Shown: positions 36,146 through 46,612, counted from the stretch's first letter. The stretch is 64,000 nt of DNA from Candidatus Eiseniibacteriota bacterium (GCA_043809585.1 JBDROZ010000052.1:1-64000), one strand, 5' to 3'. Numbers and translations: made by a program. The notes: a model not told the origin generated them from the letters alone.

Positions 36146-39099
36146 GGAGGGCGGGTCGGTGGCGGGCGAGGTTTCGACCTCCGTCCTCGGAAGGAGTCGG
36201 TCTCACCCTCACCCGCCGCCGACCCGGTCCACCTTTCATTCCAGAAGTCGGAGCTGATCGCGAAGTAGAACTCGGAGTCGGCGCCGTCGGCGAGCTCGTG
36301 GGCGACGCCGGCCCGGAGGTGGAGGATGTTCGCGCCGGAGAAGGGGAAGAGGCGCGCCGAGAAGAGGCGGAGGTCGAGTTCGGTCCAGGCGGAGCGGACG
36401 ATCGTTTCCCGGTCATCATCGGTCCACGCGCGCCCTTCGCGGTACTCGATCCGGTGGGTGAGGCGCTCGAAGGTGATCGGGCCGAGGGGGAGGGCGAGGT
36501 CTTCGGACCAGGGGTAGGCGAAGCCGGCGCCGTAGAGGACGGTTCGGGTGCCGGTGGCGGGTTCGAGGGGGGCCGTGATGTTCGGCGGAAGGAGGAGGAG
36601 CGCTCGCTTTTCGGCGGCGGTCTCGATGTCGCCCGAGAGGTTGAAGGAGAGGAAACCGTCGTTCCGGAAGATCGCGTGGGAGAAGCGGGTGTCCAGTTCG
36701 AATCGCTCGGGAAGAACGGCGGGGGAGAAGAGGTCCACGCCCCGTTCGTAGCGAAGGGCGAGGAGGGTGTTCCGCCGCGGGCGGTTCACCTCCCGGGCGA
36801 TGCGGAGGAATCCCATGGTTTCCCGCCTGTCGATCTCGGGGCCGAGGTTTTCGGTTCTCGCCGAACGGAGATGGGTGAGCCCGCACGAGAGGACGTAGCG
36901 TTCGTAATACGATTCGGCGCGGAAGGGGAGTCGGAGGGTGAGGGCGGCCCGCTTGGCGACTTCGCCCCACCGTTCGCCGCCGGCGGTTCCCTTCGCTTCG
37001 CCGTAGCCCCCGAGCAGGTAGATCGTCGGGAGGAGCTGCCGGTTCCGGTAGGTGCCGAGCACGTTCCACCCTTCGCGGTCCCACCGCGCCGCTCCATCCA
37101 CATCGAGATTGTGCCGGTTCGTCGGATCGGCGAGGAGATCCTCGAGGGAGGCGTCGAAGCCATCGGTGTCGACCGTGTTCACGACCGCCACCGGCCGGGG
37201 ACGGATGTTGGCGAGGGTCGAGTACCCCTCGGTCGGGAATCCGCCTTCCGGGACGATCCCCCGCGGCGTGTTCTCGATCACCGGTTTCTGGTGCCAGAGG
37301 ATCTTGCCGGAAGGGGGCAAGTCGATCGGCTCCGAGAGATCGAGTCGGGCGATACGGGACCGGTAGCGGCCGGAGGCGGTGACGGCCGGAATCTCGGAGT
37401 CACTTTTCGGGAATGGATCACGGACGTATCCGGGAAGGCGGTAGTAGAGCTGATCATCGATGCGCTCAGGTTCATTGTGCTCCCAGACGAATGTCGGGAC
37501 TTCCCCCCTGTATGCGATGTAGAGAGGCGAGTCGTAGATGAGTCCCTCTCGCCGCGCTGGGAGTGGATCGAATCGGGGGCCTTCCACGGCGCTTCGCTTT
37601 AGAAACTCTTCATTGATTCGCCGGTATTCGCGGATCTCCTCGGGATCACGCAGAGAGCTGATTCCCGGTAGGGGGTACTTACCACCCACGTATGTCTCAT
37701 CCCTGAAGGAACTGATGAACAGGTAAAGCTCATTGTGGTGGTCGAGAGAGAGCTCTGTCATCGCGAAGCCCTCGAGAGGATCGGGATCCCGGAGGATTCC
37801 CGTTGCGTCCGGCGGAGTAAAGACTCGGGACCTGCCGCCCGGACATGCCTCGAGTAGCAGGGGGGAGGTCGTTCCCGTCGATTCGCGATAGGCAATGGAA
37901 ACGACGACGGGTTTCTCCGGTGTCCATGGCCGGACTTGCGGATAGGCCGCGCGCATGCCCGAAGTGAGACGATATACTCTCCCCGTCCTCCCATCGAAGG
38001 AAAAGACATCATACTGATCCGCCCCCGAGGGCCCCGGCACGAGCCGCGAGTAGACGAGTTTGGTCCCGTCGCCGTTCCACGACACCTTCGGCCAGACCGG
38101 TCCCGGATCGATCAGCTCCGGTTCCCCCTCGCCCTCCCACTGCACATACAGCTCGGGCCAGTAGACGTCCTCATCCCGGACGGCGACGATCGCGAGATCC
38201 CCATTTCCGGAATAGGCGAAGGTGAGGGGACGCTCGAGCCAATCGGGGAGGGGGTGGGACTCGAGGGGTTCCGGGGGCGACTCCTCCTCGGCGATGGCGG
38301 CGAGGAGGTCGGTCTTCCAGGCGTCGTAGATCTCCCCTTCGCTCATGCCGGTGACCCTCTTCAAAGCCCGGTGGAAAGACCACGGTATGGGGCGCATCGC
38401 GGCGTGAATCTCGGCGACCGCTCCCGCGCCGAACCGGTCGATGATCCAGCGGACCATCGACTCGCCGACCCAGTAGATCAGGATGTCGTCGTACCGGTCC
38501 CCCTGATCGATGTCGTCGAGCCGGTGCCTCCGAGGGATCTCGTCGGAGCGGGCGATCATCCGAACGAAGTCCATTTCCCGCGGCTCGGTCCGGGGCTTTT
38601 CGAGCGCCGACGGGAGACCTTCCACCCACCAGTCGGGCAGGTTCAGGAGGGCCGCGGGAGCGCGAAGGGCCTCGAGCCTCTCCCCGCCCACGGCGTAGTA
38701 CATCGCCACGTGGGTGAACTCGTGGACCACCACCTGGCGGAGGAAGTCGATCTCGGCGTTCTCCCGGTCGAGGGGATACGGCTCGATCTCGATGCGGGGG
38801 AAGGAGGAGTAGGAGCGCCCGCCGGAGCGGTCGTCCCAATCCCGGAGGATGATGTCGATCCGCCGGGGAGGCGCGCCGCCGACGAGGAATGTCACCGGCC
38901 CGAACGCCTCCTCGGCGATCGCCGCCGCCCTCGCCGCCGTCCGGGCGTGGGCCGCCGGGGCGATCACCCGGAAGTGATCGGTGGTGACCTCCCGCCAATC
39001 CGCGCCGGGATGGTTCTCCCCCCATTCCATGCCGTGAGCGGCCGCCGCCCCGCCATGGAGAAGAAAGAGGAGTCCGATCGCCGCCTTGCCTTGTTTCAC
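36136..39099 (-). CDS. Large secreted/outer-membrane protein: HEXXH zinc-peptidase-like domain, PD40/TolB-like propeller and C-terminal beta-strand (barrel-like) region
   Basis: WREVTTDHFRV, VVVHEFTHV, PDWWVEGL, SWNGDGTKLVYS; amphipathic strands near the C-terminus. Start uncertain (GTG 39099). Confidence 0.65.
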   Translation of the reverse strand: MKQGKAAIGLLFLLHGGAAAAHGMEWGENHPGADWREVTTDHFRVIAPAAHARTAARAAAIAEEAFGPVTFLVGGAPPRRIDIILRDWDDRSGGRSYSSFPRIEIEPYPLDRENAEIDFLRQVVVHEFTHVAMYYAVGGERLEALRAPAALLNLPDWWVEGLPSALEKPRTEPREMDFVRMIARSDEIPRRHRLDDIDQGDRYDDILIYWVGESMVRWIIDRFGAGAVAEIHAAMRPIPWSFHRALKRVTGMSEGEIYDAWKTDLLAAIAEEESPPEPLESHPLPDWLERPLTFAYSGNGDLAIVAVRDEDVYWPELYVQWEGEGEPELIDPGPVWPKVSWNGDGTKLVYSRLVPGPSGADQYDVFSFDGRTGRVYRLTSGMRAAYPQVRPWTPEKPVVVSIAYRESTGTTSPLLLEACPGGRSRVFTPPDATGILRDPDPLEGFAMTELSLDHHNELYLFISSFRDETYVGGKYPLPGISSLRDPEEIREYRRINEEFLKRSAVEGPRFDPLPARREGLIYDSPLYIAYRGEVPTFVWEHNEPERIDDQLYYRLPGYVRDPFPKSDSEIPAVTASGRYRSRIARLDLSEPIDLPPSGKILWHQKPVIENTPRGIVPEGGFPTEGYSTLANIRPRPVAVVNTVDTDGFDASLEDLLADPTNRHNLDVDGAARWDREGWNVLGTYRNRQLLPTIYLLGGYGEAKGTAGGERWGEVAKRAALTLRLPFRAESYYERYVLSCGLTHLRSARTENLGPEIDRRETMGFLRIAREVNRPRRNTLLALRYERGVDLFSPAVLPERFELDTRFSHAIFRNDGFLSFNLSGDIETAAEKRALLLLPPNITAPLEPATGTRTVLYGAGFAYPWSEDLALPLGPITFERLTHRIEYREGRAWTDDDRETIVRSAWTELDLRLFSARLFPFSGANILHLRAGVAHELADGADSEFYFAISSDFWNERWTGSAAGEGETDSFRGRRSKPRPPPTRPPYM

Positions 39100-39239
39100 C
39101 GCCGCCGTCCGTCTATATTCATGCAGGCATTCAAGGGGTCCGGATCCCCGGCATTCATCGTGCCCGACAATACCAAAACCGGCGAATTCGACGATCGACA
39201 ATCGAACGGAACGGATCATCGATGAAAGGAATGATTGAA

Positions 39240-39824
39240 ATGCGATGCGCGGTTTACATCGACGGCGCCTACCTCGAGAAGCTCCTCCGGGAAGAGCACG
39301 GGGGGCTGCCGATCGATCTGGAGAAGCTGTCCGACTGGCTCGTCGACGTGGTGCGGGAGGAGACGCCCGGCATCCCGATCGCCCACCTCCGCAGCTACTA
39401 CTACCACGCCCTCCCCTGGGAGCCCCACGAGGGGGCGACGGAGGAGGAGCGGCAGCGGGTGCAGAACAAGCGCTCCTTCTTCCACCGGATCGAGCACCTG
39501 AACCGTTTCGAGGTGCGCCTCGGCCGGACCCAGCGCTTCTACGACGACAACACCTCCGCCTACCGGTTCGAGCAGAAAGGGGTCGACGTGCTCCTCTCGG
39601 TCGACCTCGTTTCGCTCGCGGCGCGGGGGGACATCCAGTACGCCGTCCTCGTCGCGCCGGACGCCGACTTCGTCCCCGCCGTGAAAGCGGCGAAGAACAA
39701 CGGCACCGTGGTCTTCCTCGCCGCCGGAGAGATCCCTCCCCCCTCCTGGGAGCTGCGCAAGGAATGCGACCAGTTCATCGCCCTCGAGAACGAGAAGCTC
39801 CGGACGATCCGACGAGATCGGTAG
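39240..39824 (+). CDS. NYN-domain (LabA/DUF88, PIN-like) protein
   Basis: YIDGAY, YYY, EQKGVDVLLSVD, DADFVPAV, ELRKECDQFI. Confidence 0.92.
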   Translation: MRCAVYIDGAYLEKLLREEHGGLPIDLEKLSDWLVDVVREETPGIPIAHLRSYYYHALPWEPHEGATEEERQRVQNKRSFFHRIEHLNRFEVRLGRTQRFYDDNTSAYRFEQKGVDVLLSVDLVSLAARGDIQYAVLVAPDADFVPAVKAAKNNGTVVFLAAGEIPPPSWELRKECDQFIALENEKLRTIRRDR

Positions 39825-39863
39825 AGACGGGGCTTCGCGGCGGGCGGGGGACCGGCCGAGGGA

Positions 39864-40271
39864 GGGATGAAGGGGCAGACTTGAACGCTCGTCGCACGGC
39901 GGGAGTTAACCTTGATCTTTCATAAAATCTCGAGATCCAACGCGTGAGAGTGCGTCAGCCGGGGCCGCACGTAGCCCGAACCATGGGGAGCGTATTTCAC
40001 AATACGTGAGCCATGGTGAGGGCGAGTACGGTTCCGGATGGCGTGCTGGCACGCGAGCGAGAGCGTTTTGAGCCGAGATTTTATGAAAGATCAAGGTTAA
40101 CCCTCCCTTTCTCCGGGCTCGTAGAGGAGGCGTCGTGAAGGATGGTGACGGCTCCCCGGTTATGCCCCCATCCCTCCCGAAGCCGGACCACCGTCCCGCC
40201 GCCCTCCGGACGGGTATCGCCCCGCGAGCACAACTGCTCCAAGGTTCAGAAGAGGAGTCGGAGGAGGATGG
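39864..40271. repeat. Repeat R1, copy 3, interrupted by element A
   Basis: 39864-39905 matches 1-42 and 40101-40265 matches 47-210. Confidence 0.88.
39906..40100. mobile_element. MITE-like element A, copy 1 (195 bp including both TTAA)
   Basis: Perfect terminal IR TTAACCTTGATCTTTCATAAAATCTCG at both ends; second copy inverted at 53431-53626; empty-site homolog at 38-53. Confidence 0.92.
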
Positions 40272-40295
40272 CCGGTTCGGGCTCAAACCTGACCC

Positions 40296-40724
40296 CTAAT
40301 CCTCCTCCTCCACCCGGCGGCGGAACTTCTTGAACTCCTCCTCGATCTTGGAGAGCTTCTTCTCCTTCGTCTTCTCCATGCCCCCGGTCTTGAAGAAGTC
40401 GCCCAGCTTGTCGTGCTCCTTCTTCTTCTTCTCCGTGAACTCCTCGAGGTCCTCGGCGATTCCGGGGCCGGTCTCCTCCCGCGGGAGCGATTCGAGGGCC
40501 CGGTGGTCGGCGATCTCGAGATGGGTTTCGAAGGGGTTCTCGATCATCCGGAGGATGTGCTTCCCCGCAAGGGCCCGGGCGAGATGATAGGCGGCCTCCT
40601 TAGAGAGATCGATGAGGTCCGCCACCTCCTCCACCGTCGGCGGACGGTGGTGCGTGTGGGCGAGGACGCGTACCCCGGCCACGTAGAGATGGCTTTCTTC
40701 GTAGAGGGGATCTCTCGTCGACAC
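40296..40724 (-). CDS. Hypothetical protein with N-terminal winged-HTH-like segment and charged tail
   Basis: RPPTVEEVADLIDLSKEAAYHLARAL; GAGGAGG RBS before GTG; typical codon usage. Confidence 0.7.
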   Translation of the reverse strand: MSTRDPLYEESHLYVAGVRVLAHTHHRPPTVEEVADLIDLSKEAAYHLARALAGKHILRMIENPFETHLEIADHRALESLPREETGPGIAEDLEEFTEKKKKEHDKLGDFFKTGGMEKTKEKKLSKIEEEFKKFRRRVEEED

Positions 40725-40846
40725 GGCGTCGTACCTCCTCGCCGGCCACTCCACGCTCCGGGTCCGGATGATTGTAGACGATCCACCCGGGACCGTCCAA
40801 GACCCGATTCGGTTGCGCCCCCCGACGAATTCACCGGATCTTGAGC

Positions 40847-40875
40847 TTGGCATTTCGGGCCCGATCGGATATTAT
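40847..40875 (+). promoter_or_regulatory. sigma70-type promoter for the efflux operon
   Basis: TTGGCA-17 bp-TATTAT. Confidence 0.6.
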
Positions 40876-40963
40876 CTCAGTCCTGTGTGCCCCAGATCGA
40901 ATGCCATGAGGGAGCGTCGCTCTCCCTCATTTTCGTATGTCGGGATTGGATCGGCAACTTGTT

Positions 40964-42391
40964 ATGACCAAAGTTAACAACGAGATACGCACCCGAAGAT
41001 TCGAGGTCGGCCTCCTCGCCCTCCTCGCCTTCCTCGCACTAAGGCCCTCCGCCCCCGCCGAGGATGGCCCGGCCGTCTACAATTTGGATCTCTGCGTTCG
41101 CCAGGCCCTCAAGACGAACCGGGACGTCCTCGTCCAGCGGGTGGAGCAAACGAAGGCCGGGTACCGGATCCGGGAGGCCTGGGCCGGGGCGTTTCCCCAG
41201 CTCGGCTTCGAAGGGACCTTCAACCGGAACTTCAAGCGCCCCTCCTTCTTCTTCAACGCCTCCGGCGGCTTCGGCGGCGAGGGGGACAGCTCCTCCTCCG
41301 GAGGGGACGGGGGGACCTCGGAAACCGTCAAGATCGAAATCGGATCGAAGTACGACTACAACGCGGCCTTCTCCCTCACCCAACCCCTCTGGCTCGCGGG
41401 GAAGGTCGGCGCCGCCCTGAAGGCGGCCGAGCTGTACGACCGGTCGGCGGACCGGCAGGTCGCCTCCCGGGAGCAGGACGTTGTGCTCCAGACCACGGCC
41501 GCCTTCTACGGCGCCCTGCTTGCGAAACGTGAAGTGAACGTTTTCGAGGAAGCCCTCGCCCAGGCGGAGAAGAGCCTGGTCACCACGAAGGACCGGCGGG
41601 ACCGGGGCCTCGCCTCCGATTTCGAGGTGCTCCGGGCCGAGGTGGCCGTGAGCGAGGCGAAACCGGCCCTCATCGGGGCGCGGAACCGGGAACGGCAGAC
41701 GCTGAACGATCTGAAGCTCGTCCTCGGCGTGGACGTCGGCTCGCCGATCGAGGTCCGGGGCGGCTTCGAATTCACCCCCCTCCCGGAAGAGGTAGTCGAC
41801 GCCCGCCGGGAGACGGCCGTCGACCGCCGCCCGGAGCGGCAGACCGCCGAGCTCCAGGTGAAGCTCCTGGAGCAGAACGCGCGGGTCGTACGGAGCGATC
41901 TCTTTCCGAATTTCTATCTGACCGGGAACTACGTTTTCAGCGGTTCGTCGAACGAGTGGGACCGCTTCGGCGAGATGGAGCGTTCCCGGTCGGCGGCGGC
42001 GGGGGTCTACGTGAGCTTCCCCTTCTGGACGAGCGGCGCCACCACCGCCCGCCTCCGCCAGGCCCGGGCCGACCTCCGCATCTCCCGGATCCGGCTCGAG
42101 CAGACGGAAGAGTCGATCCGGAAGGAGGTCGCCGCGGCGGAACTCGATCTGGCGGCGGCGGCGGAGCAGACCGCCGCGGCGGCCATGGCCGCCCGGCAGG
42201 GGGAGATGGCGTACGGCATCGCGGAGACCCGGTACGAAAACGGACTGATGACGCAGATCGAACTCCTCGACGCCCGGCTCGTCCGGACCCGCACCCGGGT
42301 GAACCACCTGCGGGCCCTCCACGACGCTCTGATCGCGGAGGCGGCGTGGAAGCGGGTGGTCGGCGTCGGTGGGGAGGAGGAACGGCGATGA
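40964..42391 (+). CDS. TolC-family outer-membrane efflux protein
   Basis: SLTQPLW, GLASDFEVLRAEV, RYENGLMTQIELLDA; first gene of a tripartite pump. Confidence 0.92.
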   Translation: MTKVNNEIRTRRFEVGLLALLAFLALRPSAPAEDGPAVYNLDLCVRQALKTNRDVLVQRVEQTKAGYRIREAWAGAFPQLGFEGTFNRNFKRPSFFFNASGGFGGEGDSSSSGGDGGTSETVKIEIGSKYDYNAAFSLTQPLWLAGKVGAALKAAELYDRSADRQVASREQDVVLQTTAAFYGALLAKREVNVFEEALAQAEKSLVTTKDRRDRGLASDFEVLRAEVAVSEAKPALIGARNRERQTLNDLKLVLGVDVGSPIEVRGGFEFTPLPEEVVDARRETAVDRRPERQTAELQVKLLEQNARVVRSDLFPNFYLTGNYVFSGSSNEWDRFGEMERSRSAAAGVYVSFPFWTSGATTARLRQARADLRISRIRLEQTEESIRKEVAAAELDLAAAAEQTAAAAMAARQGEMAYGIAETRYENGLMTQIELLDARLVRTRTRVNHLRALHDALIAEAAWKRVVGVGGEEERR

Positions 42392-43437
42392 ACTCGGAAC
42401 GAAACCGGCGGGCCGCCCTCGCGGCCGCCTTCGCGGCGGCGGTCCTCCTCGCGGGATGCGGCGGAAAGGCCGATGTGGAGGAGTACGTCCCGCCCACCAC
42501 TCCGGTCAAGGTGCGCCCGGCGGAGCAACTCACCTTCATCGACTATTTCACGCTGCTCGGAGTGACCCGGGCGGCCAGGGAGGCGACCCTCGTCTTCGAG
42601 GTCGGCGGCGTGATCGAGGAGATCCTCGCCGATCAGGGGAGCGCCGTCCGGGCCGGCGACCCGATCGCCCGTCTCGATGACGAGCTGTACCGGGCCGCCC
42701 TGGACGAGGCGAAGGCCGCCCGCGACCTGGCCGCGGAGATCCAGGAGCGGAGCGCGTCGCTCCGGGAGAAGGGGGGCATCTCGGACTTCGACCTCTCCCG
42801 CCTCGAGCTCGAGCGGGCGATGGCGGAGGCGAGATTCCGCACCGCGAAGGCCCAGCACGACCGGACCGTCCTCCGGGCGCCGTTCCCCGGCGTCGTCGAC
42901 ACGCGCCTCCTCGACCCCGGAGACTACGCGACCCCCCTCGCGCCGTTCGTCCGCTTCCTCGACATCTCCGTGATGAAGGCGGAAATCCCGGTGCCCGAGG
43001 TGTCCCTCACCCGGGTCGCGAAGGGGGGGACCGCCGAGATCACCACCGACACCTGGCCGGGGCGGACGTTCGAGGGGAAGGTGACTTTCGTGAGCCGCGA
43101 GGTGAGCGGGGCCACTCGCACCGTCACCGTCGAGGTGACGATCCCGAACGGCGACGGGGCGCTCCGACCGGGGATGACCGTGCGGGCCAAGATGGTCCGG
43201 GACATGGTCGAGGACGCCGTCGTCGTCCCCCAGGACGCCCTGGTGGAGACGGAGGAGGGCCCGGCCGTCTTCCTCGCCGTAGACGGGAAGGCGGTCCTCC
43301 GGCCGGTCGTGATCGGTCCGATCTACGGCGAGAAGGCCCTCGTCGAGAGCGGACTGAGCCCGGGCGAGCCCCTCATCGTCGTGGGAAACCGGGAACTCGT
43401 GGACGGGGATCTCGTCGAGGTGCTCCCCGGGGATTGA
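42388..43437 (+). CDS. RND efflux periplasmic adaptor (MFP) lipoprotein
   Basis: Lipobox LAGC, LRAPFPGVV, LRPGM, VVVPQDAL, SGLSPGE. Confidence 0.93.
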   Translation: MNSERNRRAALAAAFAAAVLLAGCGGKADVEEYVPPTTPVKVRPAEQLTFIDYFTLLGVTRAAREATLVFEVGGVIEEILADQGSAVRAGDPIARLDDELYRAALDEAKAARDLAAEIQERSASLREKGGISDFDLSRLELERAMAEARFRTAKAQHDRTVLRAPFPGVVDTRLLDPGDYATPLAPFVRFLDISVMKAEIPVPEVSLTRVAKGGTAEITTDTWPGRTFEGKVTFVSREVSGATRTVTVEVTIPNGDGALRPGMTVRAKMVRDMVEDAVVVPQDALVETEEGPAVFLAVDGKAVLRPVVIGPIYGEKALVESGLSPGEPLIVVGNRELVDGDLVEVLPGD

Positions 43438-43438
43438 G

Positions 43439-46400
43439 ATGAAGACGATCACCGATGTTTCGATCGCCCACAAGACGAGCGTCTTCGCCCTCTGCGTGAT
43501 CATCCTGATCATGGGCGTCGGCTCCTACACGTCCCTCCCCAAGGAGTCGACCCCGTCGATCACGGTCCCCATCATCCTCGTGAACGTGGCTTACCCGGGC
43601 GTCTCGCCGAAGGACATGGAGTCCCTCGTCACGAAGAAGCTCGAGACCAAGCTCGACGAGATCCGCCAGGTCAAGGAACTCCGTTCCACCACCGCCGAAG
43701 GGTACGTAACGGTGGAGGTGGAGTTCGAGGCGAACATGGACATCGAGTCCGCCCTCCAGCGGGTGCGGGACAAGGTGAACCAGGCGAAGGCGGAGATGCC
43801 GAAGGATATCGAGGAGCCCTACGTCGGCGAGATCAGCTTCGACGACTTCCCGATTCTCCTCATCAACCTCTCGGGGCGCTACGGCCTCCTCCGCCTGAAG
43901 GAGGTCGCCGACGATTTGAAGGACAAGTTCGAATCGGTCCCCGGCGTGCTCTCGGCGGACATCACGGGGGAACTGGAGCGGGAGGTCCAGGTCGACATCG
44001 ACCCGGTCCGTCTCCGGTCGTACGACCTCGCCCTTTCGGACGTGATCGAGACGATCCAGGAGGAGAACCTGACCGTGCCCGGCGGGAGCGTGGACGGGGG
44101 GACCCTCGACTTCACGGTCCGCGTGCCCGGCGAGTTCGACGACCCGGCGATCGTGGCCGACCTCGTGGTCATCGCCGTGGACGACCGGACCGTGCACATC
44201 CGGGATCTCGCCGAGGTCCGGTACGGTTTCAAGGAGCGGGAGACCTTGGCCCGCCAGAACGGCGACCCGTGCATCACCATCAGCATCCGGAAGCGGTCCG
44301 GCGAGAACCTGATCGGGATCGCCGACGAGATCAAGCGCATCATCGAAGAGGCGACGCCGGCCTTCCCGCCCACCACGGAGCTGACGGTGGTCGCGGACCA
44401 GTCGAAGGAGATCCGCTCGATCGTGCGGGATCTGGAAAACAACATCTTCAGCGGCCTCGTTCTCGTGGTCCTCGTCCTCTTCGCCTTTCTCGGGTTCCGG
44501 AACAGCCTCTTCGTGGCGATCGCGATCCCCCTTTCCATGCTGATCTCGTTCATCGTGCTCGCGGGTCTGGGGTACACGCTGAACATGGTGGTCCTCTTCA
44601 GCCTGATCCTCGCCCTCGGCATGCTCGTGGACAACGCGATCGTGATCGTCGAGAACATCTACCGCCATCGGACCGAAGGCTACTCGCGGATGGAGGCGGC
44701 GTCGAAGGCGACCAACGAGGTGGCGATTCCCGTCATCGCCTCCACCATCACGACCCTCTGCGCCTTCGGGCCCATGATCTTCTGGCCCGACATCGTCGGC
44801 GAGTTCATGAAGTACCTCCCGATCACGCTGATCATCACACTCGCGTCGTCCCTCTTCGTCGCCCTCGTCATCAACCCGACCTTCTGCGCCGCGTTCATCC
44901 GGGCGGGAGAAACGGAGAAGCCGGGGCGGACGGACCGCCTCTTCCTCCGTTTCCGCGCGTTTTACAAAACCCAGCTGGCCTATGCCCTCCGGCACCGCGC
45001 CCTCAGCCTCGCCGCCGTCCTCGTCGTGCTCCTCGGCTCGTTCGCGGCCTACGGAGTCCTCGGCAAGGGCGTCGAGTTCTTCCCCGACACGGAGCCGAAC
45101 TACGCCTACATCGACGTGGTGGCGCCTCTCGGAACAAGGCTCGAGGTCTCGGACGAGATGGTCCGATTCATCGAGAGCCGGATTCCCGAGTTCCCGGACA
45201 TCAAGCACTACGTGTCCAACGTCGGGTCCGCGTCGGACATCTTCTGGGGCGGCGGGGGGGGCACGCCCCACCACTCGCGGATGACCGTGGAGTTCGTTGA
45301 CCGGGAGGAGCGCACCCAGTCGTCGAGACTGACGGTGGAGCGGTTCCGCGAGGCCTTCGGCCGCATGCCCGGCGCCCGGGTCGACGTGATCGTGCCTCAG
45401 GGGGGGCCGCCGACCGGATCGCCCGTGGATGTCGAGATCCTCGGCCCCGACTTCGAGGTGCTCGGCCGGCTGGCGAAGCAGGTGCAGCGGCAGATCAAGG
45501 ACATCCCGGGCATCGTGGACCTCCAGGACGACTTCGACGAAGGCCGCCCCGAAGTCCGGGTCCGCATCGACCGGGAGAAGGCGGCCCTCTACAACCTCTC
45601 GACCTGGTCGATCGCCACCACGATCCAGACGGCGGTGATGGGAACCGAGGCGAGCAAGTACCGGGTGGGCGAGGACGAGTACGACATCACCGTCCGCTTC
45701 CGGGAGTCGGACCGGGAGTCGTTCGAGAACCTCGACCGCATCACGATCTTTTACGAGGGGGACCACATTCCGGTGTCGAACTTCGCCCGGTTCGAGCTCG
45801 CCGCCGGCCTCGGCACGATCATCCGGAAGAACCAGGACCGGGTGGTCTCGGTGACGGCGGACGCCGAGGGGCGGCTCTCCAACGACGTGCTCGCCGACGT
45901 GATCGCCCGGCTCGAGGGCTTCCCTCTCCCCTCCGGCTATTCGATCCGCTTTTCCGGCGAGACGGAGGACCAGGACGAGGCGGCGGCGTTCCTCACGCAG
46001 GCGTTCGGCATCGCCATCCTGCTCATCTTCCTCGTGCTCATCTCCCAGTTCGATTCGATCGTGCTCCCCTTCGTGATCATCACCGCCGTGATCCTCTCGC
46101 TCATCGGCGTTCTCTGGGGGCTCATTCTCCTCCGCATGCCCTTCGGGATCATCATGACCGGCGTGGGGGTGATCTCCCTCGCGGGGGTCGTGGTGAACAA
46201 CGCCATCGTCCTCATCGACTACATCCAGAAGCTCCGGGCCCGGGGTCTCGAGAAGACGGAGGCGATCATCCACGCCGGGACCGTCCGTCTCCGGCCGGTC
46301 ATCCTGACGGCGATCACCACGATCCTCGGACTCATCCCTCTCTCCACGGGCATGACATTCGACGTCCGGGACTTCAGCTTCACCATCGGCGGCGAGAGCT

Positions 46401-46612
46401 CCGACTGGTGGGGACCGATGGGCGTGGCGGTGATCTTCGGCCTCGCCGTGGCGACCTTCCTCACCCTCGTCATCGTTCCGGTCCTCTACTCGGTCCTGAC
46501 GGGCGGGTCCGAGCGGCTCGCCGCGAGGGTCGCCCGATCGATGGCCGATCCCCCGGCGGTCCGGCGGGACGGGGCAGGCGAGGCGCTCCGGGGGACCTCC
46601 ACCGAGGAGTAG
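43439..46612 (+). CDS. RND (AcrB-family) efflux permease
   Basis: GMLVDNAIV, GVVVNNAIVLID, RLRPVILT; 1057 aa. Confidence 0.96.
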   Translation: MKTITDVSIAHKTSVFALCVIILIMGVGSYTSLPKESTPSITVPIILVNVAYPGVSPKDMESLVTKKLETKLDEIRQVKELRSTTAEGYVTVEVEFEANMDIESALQRVRDKVNQAKAEMPKDIEEPYVGEISFDDFPILLINLSGRYGLLRLKEVADDLKDKFESVPGVLSADITGELEREVQVDIDPVRLRSYDLALSDVIETIQEENLTVPGGSVDGGTLDFTVRVPGEFDDPAIVADLVVIAVDDRTVHIRDLAEVRYGFKERETLARQNGDPCITISIRKRSGENLIGIADEIKRIIEEATPAFPPTTELTVVADQSKEIRSIVRDLENNIFSGLVLVVLVLFAFLGFRNSLFVAIAIPLSMLISFIVLAGLGYTLNMVVLFSLILALGMLVDNAIVIVENIYRHRTEGYSRMEAASKATNEVAIPVIASTITTLCAFGPMIFWPDIVGEFMKYLPITLIITLASSLFVALVINPTFCAAFIRAGETEKPGRTDRLFLRFRAFYKTQLAYALRHRALSLAAVLVVLLGSFAAYGVLGKGVEFFPDTEPNYAYIDVVAPLGTRLEVSDEMVRFIESRIPEFPDIKHYVSNVGSASDIFWGGGGGTPHHSRMTVEFVDREERTQSSRLTVERFREAFGRMPGARVDVIVPQGGPPTGSPVDVEILGPDFEVLGRLAKQVQRQIKDIPGIVDLQDDFDEGRPEVRVRIDREKAALYNLSTWSIATTIQTAVMGTEASKYRVGEDEYDITVRFRESDRESFENLDRITIFYEGDHIPVSNFARFELAAGLGTIIRKNQDRVVSVTADAEGRLSNDVLADVIARLEGFPLPSGYSIRFSGETEDQDEAAAFLTQAFGIAILLIFLVLISQFDSIVLPFVIITAVILSLIGVLWGLILLRMPFGIIMTGVGVISLAGVVVNNAIVLIDYIQKLRARGLEKTEAIIHAGTVRLRPVILTAITTILGLIPLSTGMTFDVRDFSFTIGGESSDWWGPMGVAVIFGLAVATFLTLVIVPVLYSVLTGGSERLAARVARSMADPPAVRRDGAGEALRGTSTEE

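Noticed and set aside
39240-39824. NYN protein as part of a defence or toxin-antitoxin system, or as mobiliser of the adjacent repeats
   Set aside because: It is a stand-alone LabA/DUF88 gene with no partner, and the other repeat copies have no NYN neighbour.
39906-40100. Element A as an integron attC site
   Set aside because: The ends do not fit RYYYAAC/GTTRRRY, the outer arms are perfect with no extrahelical bases, the two copies are inverted and 13 kb apart, and there is no cassette array or integrase.
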